From contig OX597824.1 in assembly GCA_951406725.2 (NCBI GenBank), positions 73,656,001 to 73,720,000 of the forward strand: 64,000 nt of DNA, in the 5' to 3' direction. Of the stretch, positions 26,337 through 39,905 are shown one piece after another. The stretch's first letter is position 1; each line of letters begins with the position of its first letter. A program made the translations under genes and the position numbers. Origin of the DNA: Octopus vulgaris (Eukaryota). The notes beneath the pieces are model-generated. The model was given only the letters and a program-made list of their open reading frames with translations, did no database searches and had not been told where the DNA came from.

Positions 26337-28399
26337 TTAAAAGAAGAAAACTGTTAAAAACAAAGCCACACAATTGGTGGCTGCTCCAACACAAGGACAG
26401 CTCACAGCATGCCTCAGAGAACTTAGCAACGCATCACCACAACACATCTTCCATTTTCTCTTCACAACAACAACAGTGCACAAATCTTCAATAATATTTT
26501 ATATTGAAGTTTGAAGTTGCTCTACTAAACACAGCCTCAAAATAGACTGAATATGGCCTACAAACATCAATACAATTGACTTCACAAAGCAAAATAACAT
26601 TGATATTTATATATAAAACATATATTGCTTAAAGGAGAAAAGAGAGAAAAGAAAAAAATTTTTTAAACGACCAAAAATAATAAAAAAAAAACAACAAAAA
26701 AAGAAACCATAACAAAAGACAGAATAGACATCAACTAACAAAAAGGAAATCTCTTATATATTAACGCATACAATACCAACAAGGACTCCTTATATATTAA
26801 CATGCGTACAACACTGTTGCCGCCATGCCCACCACTACTAAAGGATGTTTGTTTCGTACTTGAAAATATATCAAACCCAATTTTTTTTCAGATTTTTCTG
26901 TTCCCTAAACCCACCAAAATTACCATAACGTCTACACAGTATTTTTTTTGTATTTTTTAAAATCTGTTCTCCATCCAGTTCATCATACAAGCTGCTCAAA
27001 TTTGGCCCAAAGTCTGAAAGAAAGTTCTTCCTCTTATTCTTTAGCTTCAGGAAATCATGCAAAAATGTCATGAACACTGCTACTGTTCCTTCTTTTCCTG
27101 ACCAACCAAAATCATTGAAAATAAAATTTAAAAAAAAAAAAAAATTTTTTTAATAATAATAAAGCATCATGGGATATAACAACCCCTCCCTTTCATTTTT
27201 CTTCTCTTTTCTTTTCCATCCAGATGCATCATGGGATTTAAAAAAGCGTACTTTTATTTTAAATTTTGGTTTTTTAAATTTAAATTTTTCTTATTTTATT
27301 TATTTTTATTCAAACTAAAAATATTTTGTACTCGTGTGGTGTGTGTGCAAGCATTTGTGTAGGGTGTGTATGTGTATGTTTGTGTGTATGTGACTCTTGT
27401 GATGTTTGTATGATTATATGAGTGTATTTGATCTTGTGATGTACGTTTGTAAGATGTGTGTGTGTGTGTGTGTGCATATATGTGCCTGTGCTTTTTGATT
27501 TTGGAGTTCATTCACAGGATAAAACAAAACAAAAAAAAAAAAAAGAAAAGCAGATCAATAAAGAAGAGAAGTCTGCAGATGATCTTGGTGAAGATTAGAT
27601 TGAGATTGTGGGCCCTTCACACACCAGTATGAACCAGTATTAAGATCATATGTTATGCAGTTTGGTCCTATGATGTCAAAAGAAACAGATGTAGGGGAGA
27701 GGGGAATAAATGAGATGATGATGGTACTGATAATACTTCTAGTGATGGTGACAATTGGTGAGTGGTGGAATGGGAGGCATTTCTGTCTTCCTTTTCTTCT
27801 TTCTTTCTTTGAAGCATTTAAGAGAAAACGTTGGTTTTTCCTAAAGTTTTGTTATACCCAAACATACATACATGCATATATATTATGAACCTACATACAC
27901 CATATACACCTACATACATAATCACATACATATGTCCATAGGCTCACTCACATGAAGATATATTATCACACACTAAGAGATGACCTTCTAATGTAGAGTA
28001 GTAATGAGGGGAAGCCTCTGTATGGTCACTTAACCTGCTAGAGCTAGCCGCTAAATCCCTCAAATCACACTACAGTCTTGAAAAATGGGGCACAGTATAA
28101 ACAATTTAGTCCCTGGATATGCAAATAAACAGAATTGCCATGGTTAGAGCATCTTTCATCATCATCATAATCAATCAGAACTGACTTCTTGTGAATAATT
28201 AACAGCAATGATACCAAAATCTGTCTCTGTCTGTCTGTCTGTCTCTCACTCCCCTCTCCCTCCCTGTCTCTCAGTCCTCATCAAAATCTCTTCCATAAAA
28301 GATGTCTTCTATAAATGTTCATAAAAATCCTTGCATCAAATGCACTTTTGTTGTTGTTTTGATTGTCTTTTAAGGGCTTTGGCAATAATTTTCATCAGT

Positions 28400-29050
28400 G
28401 CAAAATTCTTCTATCCACTGCATTTTTGGTACAATTCCTCTGTCAGATTCATTCTTAGAATTGTTGTTCTAATTTTTCTAATTTGTACAAAATTCTTCCA
28501 ACAATGCATTTTTGCATAATTCTTGCATCACCTGCATTTGCAAGATCATTGTTCCAACATTTCTAAGGACTGGAGCAAGATTCTATGCAGACTTTCCAGC
28601 TGAAGGATTTTTGTACAATTCCTGCATCAGATACAATCTTATAGATGTTCTGACTTTTCTAATTGACAGCTGCAAAATTTTGTACAATTCTTTCACTTTC
28701 CACATTTTAGCATAATTCCTACACCAGCTTGTTCTAACTTTTTAAAGAGCTGCAGCAAGATTTTGTGCAATTCTTCCATTTTATCACAATAAACTGTACT
28801 ATTAGAACTTTTGTTCTGACTTTTCTAAGAATGACAGCAAGAATTTGTGCATTTCTTCCAACTGATACTTTTAGGTATAATTCCTGCATGAGACACACTA
28901 TAGAATTGTTCTGACTTCTCTAAAGACAATGAGAAGGTTTTTGTGCAACTCTTCCAATTAATACATTTTAGCACAATTCTTGTCCCAGACACAGAGAGTT
29001 CTGATTTTAAATATCCAAAGATTGCTGCAAAATTTCTTTTGGCTGCATTT
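28400..29050. repeat. Degenerate ~85-95-bp tandem repeat, about 7 copies
   Basis: Anchor gttct(g/a)acttttctaa-like at ~28466, 28551, 28647, 28731, 28813, 28908 and 28998. Confidence 0.75.
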
Positions 29051-29345
29051 CTTGTACTTTAAGCATTTTGGAATGGGTCTTTAATCTGGTGCTTCATTAT
29101 AGTTGTTCTGGAGGCTTTTGCAGAGGATTGTCTACATCTCCAGACCATTCTTTTACATTTCTTATAAATATATAGGCGCAGGAGTGGCTGTGTGGTAAGT
29201 AGCTTGCTTACCAACCACATGGTTCCGGGTTCAGTCCCACTGCGTGGCATCTTGGGCAAGTGTCTTCTACTATAGCCTCGGGCCGACTAAAACCTTGTGG
29301 GTGGATTTGGTTGACAGAAACTGAAAGAAGCCCGTGGTATATATG

Positions 29346-29376
<31 letters not shown>

Positions 29377-30794
29377 ATCTGTATTTGTCCCCCTAGCATT
29401 GCTTGACAACCAATGCTGGTGTGTTTACGTCGCCATCACTTAGCGGTTCAGCAAAAGCACCCAATAGAATAAGTTCTGGGTTTACAAAGAATAAGTCCTG
29501 GGGTCGATTTGCTCGCCTGAAGGTGGTGCTCCAGCATGGCTGCAGTCAAATGACTGAAACAAGTAAAAGAGAATATGTATGTTGATATATAACAAGATGA
29601 TGATGATCTATAATCAGGGCATAATTAGATTTCCCTTCTCTTTACCTTGATCCTGAGTTCAAATTCCACTGGGATCAACTTTTCCTCTTCTTTTTTTAAG
29701 GTTTTCTGTTATTAATTTTTATTTTTTTTTTACACATTGGGGGAAACCAATGTATCTGTATAATATACCCGATTTCCATTAGAAAGAAACTTAGAGTAGT
29801 GCCAGACTGAATAATCAGCTTTGAAACAATGTGTGTGTGTGTGTTTATGTGCACATGCGCACGCACACACACACACTGTGCACACAATCCTGTTAGGGGC
29901 GGTTGCTATAATATTATGCTTATCAAAATCATTATTGTGTCACATAGACTCAGGCAATTGACCAGCATCTCATCAGAAAGCTTGAAAACATTTTATTATG
30001 GCTACTGAGACAGCAGTAACCATATTTCTTAATGGTTTTGATTGGCACAATATTATGGTAACCTTTCTTAACATGAATTGTGTAATAAATAGGCGCAGGA
30101 GTGGCTGTGTGGTAAGTAGCTTGCTAACCAACCACATGGTTCCGGGTTCAGTCCCACTGCGTGGCATCTTGCGCAAGTGTCTTCTGCTATAGCCCCGGGC
30201 CGACCAATGCCTTGTGAGTGGATTTGGTAGACGGAGACTGAAAGAAGCCTGTCGTATATATATATATATATATGCCTCTGTGTGTGTGTGTGTGTGTTTG
30301 TCCCCCTAGCATTGCTTGACAACCGATGCTGGTGTGTTTACGTCCCCATCACTTAGCGGTGATGGGTATTGAAGTTTCTCTCCATTTATTGAATTATAAT
30401 GCAATACAAGAAGTGCATATACACACATACATGCATATACTCATGGATACATGATGATTGCTTCATCTTGACAAATGACAACCGTCCCATCAACACACTC
30501 ATCAGATCCCATCACACGGCACAATCCCTCCATTCATGAGCCCTCAGGTGACTTTTAAGACCAGCTGCTGACTGACAGGGTTTAAAACACAAGTGACAGG
30601 TATTATTCAGATTTCTTCTGCATCTTTGCCCTTTGGAATCTGATTCTGGAGGAATGTTTTTTGCGAACTAGCATATGTCTTTTAAGTCCGCTGTAAGAGA
30701 TGTTTAGGGTTCAAGATTATTTCCTGCCTGGGAATTTTGATTTTCATGTGATTTCATATGATTCAGGTGTTCTTCTGTCAAAAGCAGAACACGC

Positions 30795-30846
<52 letters not shown>

Positions 30847-30915
30847 AATAAAGAGAGAGTAGAGGTATGAAATACTTCCTCCTCTCTTCAGTTAGTTAGT
30901 TGGTTACTTACTTAA

Positions 30916-31136
30916 CCCTTTAGTGTTTGCATTATTCTGCCAAAATTAATCCTTTTTTATCCACATTACCTTGAACTAATCAGGCATTATCTTGGAGTTA
31001 TGAGATTTTGATGAGGTAGCTGTTGATTTTTAAAACGATATTGTAGGGCTGGTGTGAGAGACCAGATCTGGCCAGTTTGAACATAAAACAGGTAGAATAC
31101 TTTTGGCCGGATACGGCCGGTTTAAATGCTAAAGGG
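30916..31136. mobile_element. piggyBac-like MITE
   Basis: TTAA|CCCTTTAG...CTAAAGGG|TTAA, 221 bp. Confidence 0.8.
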
Positions 31137-31648
31137 TTAATAGTAGTTGTAGTAGTAGTTATAGTATTAGTAGCAGCAACAGTAAAGTGTGGAAATAGCC
31201 AGAATAGATGCTTTGCATTTTTTTTCTTTTTTAGTTTTATGTGTTTATTTTCTGGGTTCAAATCTTGCCAAAGTCAAATGTTTGCCTTTCATGTTTCTAA
31301 CGAAAATAAAATATACCAGTCATATGCTGGAGTTGATTCAGTCAACTATAACACCAACTCCCACTTCTCTCTCCTTGCCTTCCACTGTAAATCTCATTCC
31401 ACAATGTCAAATTCACACAGGCATATATATCATATACATATATATATACATATATGTATACATGTATATATACACATTTATACATATATATATACATGTG
31501 TATATATACACATATTAATCTCATTCCACAATGTCAAATTCACACAGGCATATATATCATATACATATATATATACATATATGTATACATGTATATATAC
31601 ACATATACATATATATATACATATATATACACATATATGTATATATAC

Positions 31649-31684
<36 letters not shown>

Positions 31685-31716
31685 ATATATATACATATAT
31701 ATACATGTATATATAC

Positions 31717-31747
<31 letters not shown>

Positions 31748-31784
31748 TATATATATACATACATATATATATATATATATGTAT

Positions 31785-31837
<53 letters not shown>

Positions 31838-34800
31838 GTGGGGTATGTATATGCACACATTATCTCACTGAGAATGTAGACCTGTAAATTATTGATATAT
31901 CAATGTGATGTAATCTAAGGGTCATGTGATACCTTTATAACGTCATGTGACACTTTGAAAGGACATGTAATGTTCTTGTGCCTCAGTCGTCACTTGGGTG
32001 TACTATATATATATTATAAAATGTCCACTGATTCTTCCCTCATATCTCAGTTCATCCAATCATTTATTATATACAAGATGCAACAGAAATTCAACCCATG
32101 TTTTATATGACCATTGGTGTGGATGTTAATACAGTTAGTGTGGTAACAGTGTCTTTTTTTTTTTTGGTAGTTACCATCATAGTTTACAGTGATACACACT
32201 GTCCTTTTGCTGTTGAGATGTCTGTCAATCTGCAAAATATGGAAGGGGCTATTTTGGGCCACACCCTGTATTTTATATTCATTTATTATAAATTATATCT
32301 TTTCTTATTTCAATCATTACACTGCAGCCTGCTGGGACCACTGTTTTGAAGAATCTTTAGTCGAATGGATCAACTTCAGTACTCGTTTTTTTTAAGCCTG
32401 GTACTTATTCTATCAGTCTCTTTTGCTGAGCCACCAAGTTATGGGGACATAACTAATACCAGCTGTAAAGTGGTGGTGGTAGTGTATGTGTGTATATATG
32501 CATATATATATATATATAATTGAAGTTTAATATATTTAGTGAAGGGAAGAAATGGAGCTGAACGAAGATTCTACAGAATTCCTTTTATTATTTTCTACAC
32601 ATGTTTCAAAGGCCGCAAATTTCCAAATTTGCGGCCTTTGAAACATGTGTAGAAAATAATAAAAGGAATTCTGTAGAATCTTCGTTCAGCTCCATTTCTT
32701 CCCTTCACTAAATATATATATATATATATATTTATATTTACAACAGGCTTCTTTCAGTATCCGTCTACCATATCCACTCTCAGGGCTTTTGTTGGCTCAA
32801 GGCTAAAGTAGAGAACACTTGTCTAAGTTGCGACACAATGGGACTGAACCTGGAACCATGTGGTTGAGAAGTAAGCTTCTTACCACACAGCCATGCCTGC
32901 GCCTATATTCATATAATATTCACATATGGTAGAATTAGTAGAGCATGAAATAAATTATGTTGAGACTATTCGATTAGGTTCCTTATATTCTGAGTTCAAA
33001 TCCTAAGGTAGTGGATTGCAAGAATCATTAGAACAGCAGAAAAAAATTTCCCACAGTGTTTGTTCTGACACGTTATGTTCTGAGTTCAATTCCTGTGAAG
33101 GTCAACTTTTCCTTTCATCCTTATTTTAATAAAATAAAATACCAGTCATTAACCCCTACCCTCAAAACTACTTGCCATGTGCATAAATTATAATAATAAT
33201 AATACGCATGTCCCTTAGTGGTTGACGATATGTGCATCTCTGATCACAAGCAAAAGTAGTGGAGGAGCATCATAGCCATGTGTTAAGAGGGATTCTTTGG
33301 GGTTTGAATAATTCACCTCTGTAAATAACCCTTATTCAGGGACCTTTTGAGCGGGATGGCTACTCAACCTGAAAGAAATTCTAACTGGGCCCCACCTGCA
33401 AGGTCATGCGCTGTTTATCTTGATATGAGATCACCATGTCGTGCACATATGGTTGTGATGCATGTGCCTGGTGTACCCTTATCAGACGGGTAGTCATGGT
33501 GGGTATACTGGGCTTCGTTTATTTTACCCCAGTGTCACTTTGATGGCATGCACTGATTTCTCACTCAATAGCAACAATAAAAATAATTATAATTATCATT
33601 ATTAAGGTGGCAAGCTGGCTGAATCGTTAACATGCCGGGCAAAATGCTTAGCAGCATTTCATCCGTCCTTACTTTCTGAGTTCAAATTTCAGTAAGGCTG
33701 ACTGCCTTTCATCCCTTTTGGGGGTTGATAAAATAAGTACCAGTTGAGTGCTGGGATCGATGTAATTGACTTAGCCGCTCCTCCAAACTGCTGGCCTTGT
33801 GACAAAATTTTAAACCATTATCACCAGCACCGCCTCGACTGGCTTCTGTGCCGGTGGCACATAAAAAGCACCATCCGAACGTGGCCGATGCCAGCACCGC
33901 CTCGACTGGCTTCTGTGCCGGTGGCACATAAAAAGCACCAACCGATCGTGGCCGATGCCAGACCCCTCTGGCACCTGTGCAGGTGGCACGTAAAAAGCAC
34001 CCACTACACTCGCGGAGTGGTTGGCGTTAGGAAGGGCATCCAGCTGTAGAAACACTGCCAGATCAGACTGGAGCCTGGAGCAGCCCCTGGCTCCCCAGAG
34101 CCCGGTCGAACCGTCCAACCCGTGCTAGCGCGGAAAATGGACGTTAAACGATGATGATGATGATTATTATAAATGCTGTTTGGTAGTAGAATCATAGAAG
34201 TAATGGAACACAAGCGAAATACCTGCTGTTTTTTAATTTTTTCCCCTTAAGATGGTAAGGGAGAGCACATGTTGAGTATGTAGTCAGCGGTACACTATAC
34301 CTAGAAATAAAAAGACAAGACAGAGAGCCTTTGATCATAAGTCTCCTCAATCAGGATTTACTCAGGGCTAAACAACAATACCAATAAGAGTTCAAGCTGA
34401 GAACTACCTCTACACAGTTTATCAGCCTGCTAGAAATAGCTGCCATATCTCCCTTAAATCCCTTCAACCACTTAAAAAATATTGGCCGCATATAAATAAT
34501 ACATGTGTGCCACAGTTCATGAGCTGAAACTAGATAAAATAAAATTTTTTAAAATATGTAATATTTGTGTATATGTATTTAATATATATATGCAGATATA
34601 TGTGTGCATGTGTATGTACACACACACACACACATTAAAATGCTGACCATTCACTCTTATTTCTTTATTGCCCACAAGGGGCTAAACATAGAGGGGGCAA
34701 ACAAGGACAGACAAAGGGGTTAAGTCAATTACATCGACCCCAGTGCATAACTGGTACTTAATTTATCGACCCCCGAAAGGATGAAAGGCAAAGTTGACCT

Positions 34801-35431
34801 CGGCAGAATTTGAACTCAGAACATTACGGCAGATGAAATGCCACTAAGCATTTCGCTCAGTGTGATCACTGACAATTAACTCTTATTACACAGAGTTTCT
34901 CATGTAATATCCTTTTTTTAATGATATAAGAAGTGGGGAATTGTGTTAATGATCATATAACAAAATTTCTTAACACTTTATATCTTACAATATATCATAC
35001 AAGAAATTAAACAAAGTCAAACATGATGCTGTATGTATGTTTTAAATGGTTATTATGCATTCTTCCACAATGTGCTAAACATATTGTTAGTACTTATTAG
35101 CTGTGTGTGTGTGTGTGTCTGATAATTTGTTATTTTCTCTCACTCATGTTATTGAAGACTTGGTCTTTGGATTCATATCTGTTACATTCCTAATGTCTGT
35201 TTATTCTTTCTTGATCATTCATTCATTGGCTGGAAGTTCCGTCTGTAATTATAGTGACTTTGCATCATGAGTGACAGATTCTCCATATGAGATATAATCT
35301 CTCTCTGTCTCTCTCACTCCCTTTCTCCCCCTTTCCCTCTCTTTCTCTCTCTCAATGAAGGAAAACAGAAAATAAATATTTTCCTCAAACCACTGTGATG
35401 TTACTGAAGACTGAGATTTTGGATTCATTAA

Positions 35432-35651
35432 CCCTTTTGTTACTGTATTTCTGTTGAGATGCTCTGTGTTTCTTTCAATTACTTTAAATATTACAAAGAA
35501 TTTTGTAAAATAACTTAGTTATCATTCAGCCAGTGTTAGGAACATAAATTGTGACTAAGGTTTGGTGGAAGATTTTAATTCAAAACTTATGAAAACAAGA
35601 CATTTGTACTGAGACCCAGGGCTGGTTTCAGCCGGGTTGGTAACGAAAGGG
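35432..35651. mobile_element. piggyBac-like MITE, second family
   Basis: TTAA|CCCTTTTGTTAC...GTAACGAAAGGG|TTAA. Confidence 0.8.
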
Positions 35652-36311
35652 TTAAAGCCACATATCTGACTTGATTCTCTCTTTACAAGCTTTCCTTTAA
35701 CCGCAGTCAAGGATTTCTTATGTGTGTGTGTGTGTGTTTTTTTTTTTTTTGTGTGTGTGTGCCAGTGTATTTGCTTTTGTATTTTTGCAGGATTTTGAAA
35801 AAGACTTTTCATGTGAAAGGTCATCATCAATCTCAGTTTAACAATAAATGCTTACATCCATTTTATTGCCAAATATATTAAAATATATTGCCAAAGTAAT
35901 TAAAATTGGTGCTTACTATTGTTAATAATGGATTTTTTAATTACATAAATTATTGCTTGCCAGAGTGAAGCGAAGCAAAGGTCTTTTATTCACAGATATT
36001 TTTGATGGTGGATATTTCTTCCTAAACTTTATTTGTCTCTCAAGTCAAAAGAGCAGCACCATTCTACCTGATGCAGGGCCAGCCTCTCACAATTGATATC
36101 ATCCACATAATATATATATATATATTGCTATGCTTAACACTTTATAGCTAAATCTAACCTAGCTGTTGGTAGGTACCCCAGGATGGTATAATTCACTGTT
36201 CTGTATCTATAACCAAAACACTTAGTTTTCAACAATCCTGTTCACATTTACATACACACACTCACATTTATACACACATGTATATATGAGTGTAAATATG
36301 TATGTGTACAT

Positions 36312-36346
<35 letters not shown>

Positions 36347-37729
36347 TATATATATTTATATATATACCTTCATACATATACACTATATAAATATATATAC
36401 ATACACACACACATATATACACATACATATACATATATATATATGTACATATACATATATATATATATATACGTATATATATATGTATATATATATATAT
36501 GTGTGTGTGTGTGTATGTATGTATAATCACCATCATCATTTTATATCTGTTTCACACATAAACATAAATGCACAGATGTATATATACATGCATACACATG
36601 CACATCACTTACACACACACATGTTTGTGTATATATATGTGTATGCATACATATAAATACATATGTATGTATATATAATATACATCAACTGTTTTAAATA
36701 CTCTTTTATTTATTTATCTGGTTTTTTTTTGCTTCCATTTTTTCTTTATTTATATTTTATATGGAAATTATTGCCTTATTTCTTGTTCCTAATGGACAAC
36801 AACAAAAGACAAAAGAAAAAAAAAATTGTAAATATTTTTACAATAACGATTTGTTCAAATTAAACAAGTTTATTAGTTCATGGTTTTTTTTTTATTAATC
36901 ATTTGGTAAAAATGTATCCAACAACAACAACAAAAAAGACAAAAAAAAAAGAGATTAAACAAGTGTTGTGTGTCTTGTAGCTGATTTGCAGATTAGCCCC
37001 AAGTTGGCTTTGATTAAGCAGACCTATGGTCAAAGGCATTCCAGCTATGACCATGTTTGATGATTTTTTTTCTTTTTTTTTTCCCTTTTTTTCTAAGCAT
37101 AATATATACTGGACTGCTTTATTCCATGTGTCCTTTTGATTTTGAGATGTTAGGGTATAGTATGAAGGAGATGTAGCTGCTGTTTCTTGCAGGATGTGTG
37201 ACCACATTATACCCCACCTCTCTCTCTCTCTTTCTCTCTCCCTTGTTGGTTCATCTTGTACCTGTTATAAGAATGTGGTCAGTCAAAGAACTTTCTTGGC
37301 ATTCTGTCAGGGCATCTTCTGTCCATCTGAAATATCTAACGATAAATAAAGAAAAATTTTAAGAATTGACAAGAACTCTGTGGGTATTTTATCTTGTATG
37401 CTAAATACAAGGCTGTGTTTGAAAATGTGGAATGCCTTGGTACTGCAATTCTTCTTAAAGCCTTGAGATTTATAAGCCAATTTTTTAATTTATTTTTTTT
37501 CTAATTTTCCATCATCATGTTTTACTATGAAAAATTTTTTTTTTATTATTGTAAAATAAAAGAAAAAAAGCAAACAAACTTGTGCCTGTAATAAAAATAA
37601 TAATAATGATTGCAAAAATTATCTTCAATGCTTCCAATTTGGATGAATAAGTCAAAACTTAATATAACAATATTTTCATTTGTAGTAACTACATACCACT
37701 ACAGATTAAAAAGATTTTTTAAAATAAAA

Positions 37730-39200
37730 TCTGCCTGTTGTTACAGCTATTTTCTACAGTAAAACCAAAAGTGTCATAGCTATTTTTTATTGTAAATCCA
37801 CCCTGTTGTCATAGCTATCATAACTGTAAAATTATCCTGTTGTCATATCTATTTTCTACTGTGAAATTACCTTGTCATAGCTCTTTTCTACTGTAATCCT
37901 ACCCTGTTATGACTATTTTCTACAGTACAATTACCCTGTTATAATTGCTATTTTCTAATGTAAAATTACCTTATAATTATTTTACCCTGCTGTCATAGCT
38001 ATTTTCTATTGTAAATCTACCCTGATGTCAAAGCTATTCTCTACAGTAAAATTACATTATTGTCATAGCTATTCCTATTCTACCCTGTTGTCATAGTTTA
38101 TTTTCTACAGTAAATCTACCCTGTTGTCATAGCTATGCTCTACTGTAAAAAAGCTATTTTCTATTGTAAAACTACCCTGTTGTCATAGTTATTTTCTATA
38201 GTAAATCTACCCTGGTGTCATAGCTATGCTCTATTGTAAAATTACCCTGTTGTCCTGATTATACTACCATCTGTTGTAGCTATTTTCTACTGTAAAACTA
38301 CCCTGTTGTCATAGTTTATTTTCTACAGTAAATCTACCCTGGTGTCATAGCTATGCTCTATTGTAAAATTACCCTGTTGTCCTGATTATTCTACCATTGT
38401 TATAGCTATTTTCTACTGTAAAACTACCCTCTTGTCATAGCTATTTTCTTCTGTGACTCTACCCAGTTGTCATAGCTATTCTGCCTTGTTATAACTATTT
38501 TCTATTGTAAAATTACCATTGTCAGAGTTTATTTTCTACAGTAAATCTACCCTGTTGTCTTAGCTGTTTTCTATTGTAAAATTACCATGTTGCAATGATT
38601 ATTCTACTGCTGTCTTGGTTATTTTCTACTGTAAAACTACCCTGTCATCAAAGCTATTTTCTACTGTAAAATTACCCTGTTGTCATAGCTATTTTCTACT
38701 GTAAATCTACCCTGTTGTTATAACTGTTTTCTACTGTAAAACTAAAATTGTCATAGCTATTTTCTACTGTAGAATTACTCTGTTGTTATAACCATTTTCT
38801 ACTTTAAAACTACCCTCTTCATCACAGCTATTTTTCTCTGACAAAAACAAAAAAAATCTACAAGTCATTATGGTTGCATTTTGCTGCAAAACTACTCTGT
38901 TGTCATGGCTATATATTTGTTAAAATCTACCCTATACTCATGGATATTTTTCTGTAATAAAACTACCCTGTATTCATTGATATATTTTACGTAGTTAGAC
39001 GACTCTGTTTGACTACTTCACTGTTAAAACTACACTTTGATCATGGCTGTTTTCAATGATACAATTACACATTACTCTTGACTGTTTTCAGTTGTAAAAC
39101 TACACTTTATTATGACTATTTTCAGTGGTAAAATTACTTATTAGTCATGAATATTTTCAGTGGTAAAATGATGCTTTTGCTATGGCTCTTTTCTGAGGCT
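37730..39200. repeat. ~35-bp minisatellite (CCCTGTTGTCATAGCTATTTTCTACTGTAAAATTA)
   Basis: About 40 degenerate copies, more diverged toward the right end; second short array at ~41015-41200. Confidence 0.9.
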
Positions 39201-39510
39201 TGTTTTAATTATTATTTTCATATTTTCTGTGCTCACTTGTCACAATACTGTTGCTCATGAATTTTTACAATTTCTACATAACATTTTATACAACAGTGTC
39301 ATTGTCATTTTGTTTGTTGTTGCAGTTATTACTGTTGGCATTTAAAAAAAAATCTTTTAATATTGATTTCTGACGTAGGCACAAGGCCACAAGGTTTTGT
39401 GGGGAAAGAATAGTACTTGGTTGTTTTTATAGCTTACTAACCCTCATGGAAGAATGAAAGGTGAAGTTGACTCTGGTTGGAATCAAACTGAATGTAAAAG
39501 ATCACAATTA

Positions 39511-39905
39511 GGCGCAGGAGTGGCTGTGTGGTAAGTAGCTTGTTTACCAACCACATGGTTCCGGGTTCAGTCCCACTGCGTGGAACCTTGGGCAAGTGTC
39601 TTCTACTTTAGCCTCGGGCTGACCAAAGCCTTGTGAGTGGATTTGGTAGACGGACTGAAAGAAGCCCGTCGTATATATGTATATATATGTATGTGCGTGT
39701 ATGTTTGTGTGTCTGTGTTTGTCCCCCTAGCATTGCTTGATAACTGATGCTGGTGTGTTTATGTCCCCGTCACTTAGCGGTTCGGCAAAAGAGACCGATA
39801 GAATAAGTACTGGGCTTACAAAGAATAAGTTCTGGGGCCGATTTGCTCGATTAAAGGCGGTGCTCCAGAATGACCGCAATCAAAATGACTGAAACAAGTA
39901 AAGAA
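39511..39905 (+). mobile_element. tRNA-derived SINE family A, representative full copy. Other copies at ~731, 7184, 18078, 29175, 30092, 48327, 53679, 60735 (+) and ~12391, 21755, 32320, 40525, 60981 (-)
   Basis: GGCGCAGGAGTGGCTGTGTGGTAAG (A box) ... GGTTCAGTCCC (B box), internal (TA)/(TG) tract, 3' end ACTGAAACAAGTAAA; more than 12 copies in the window. Confidence 0.9.

Noticed and set aside
27163-27238. Two GCATCATGGGAT motifs resembling ZNF143/Staf sites
   Set aside because: No associated gene or promoter evidence; short motifs only.
28400-29050. Possible decayed C2H2 zinc-finger array (period near 84 bp)
   Set aside because: The period is irregular, and trial translations show no CxxC/HxxxH or TGEKP pattern.
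31390-31620. 127-bp tandem duplication including a TA/CA tract
   Set aside because: Ordinary slippage duplication or assembly artefact in low-complexity DNA.
37730-39200. Possible CRISPR-like array (35-bp repeat)
   Set aside because: Units are contiguous and degenerate with no unique spacers; eukaryotic context and no cas genes.
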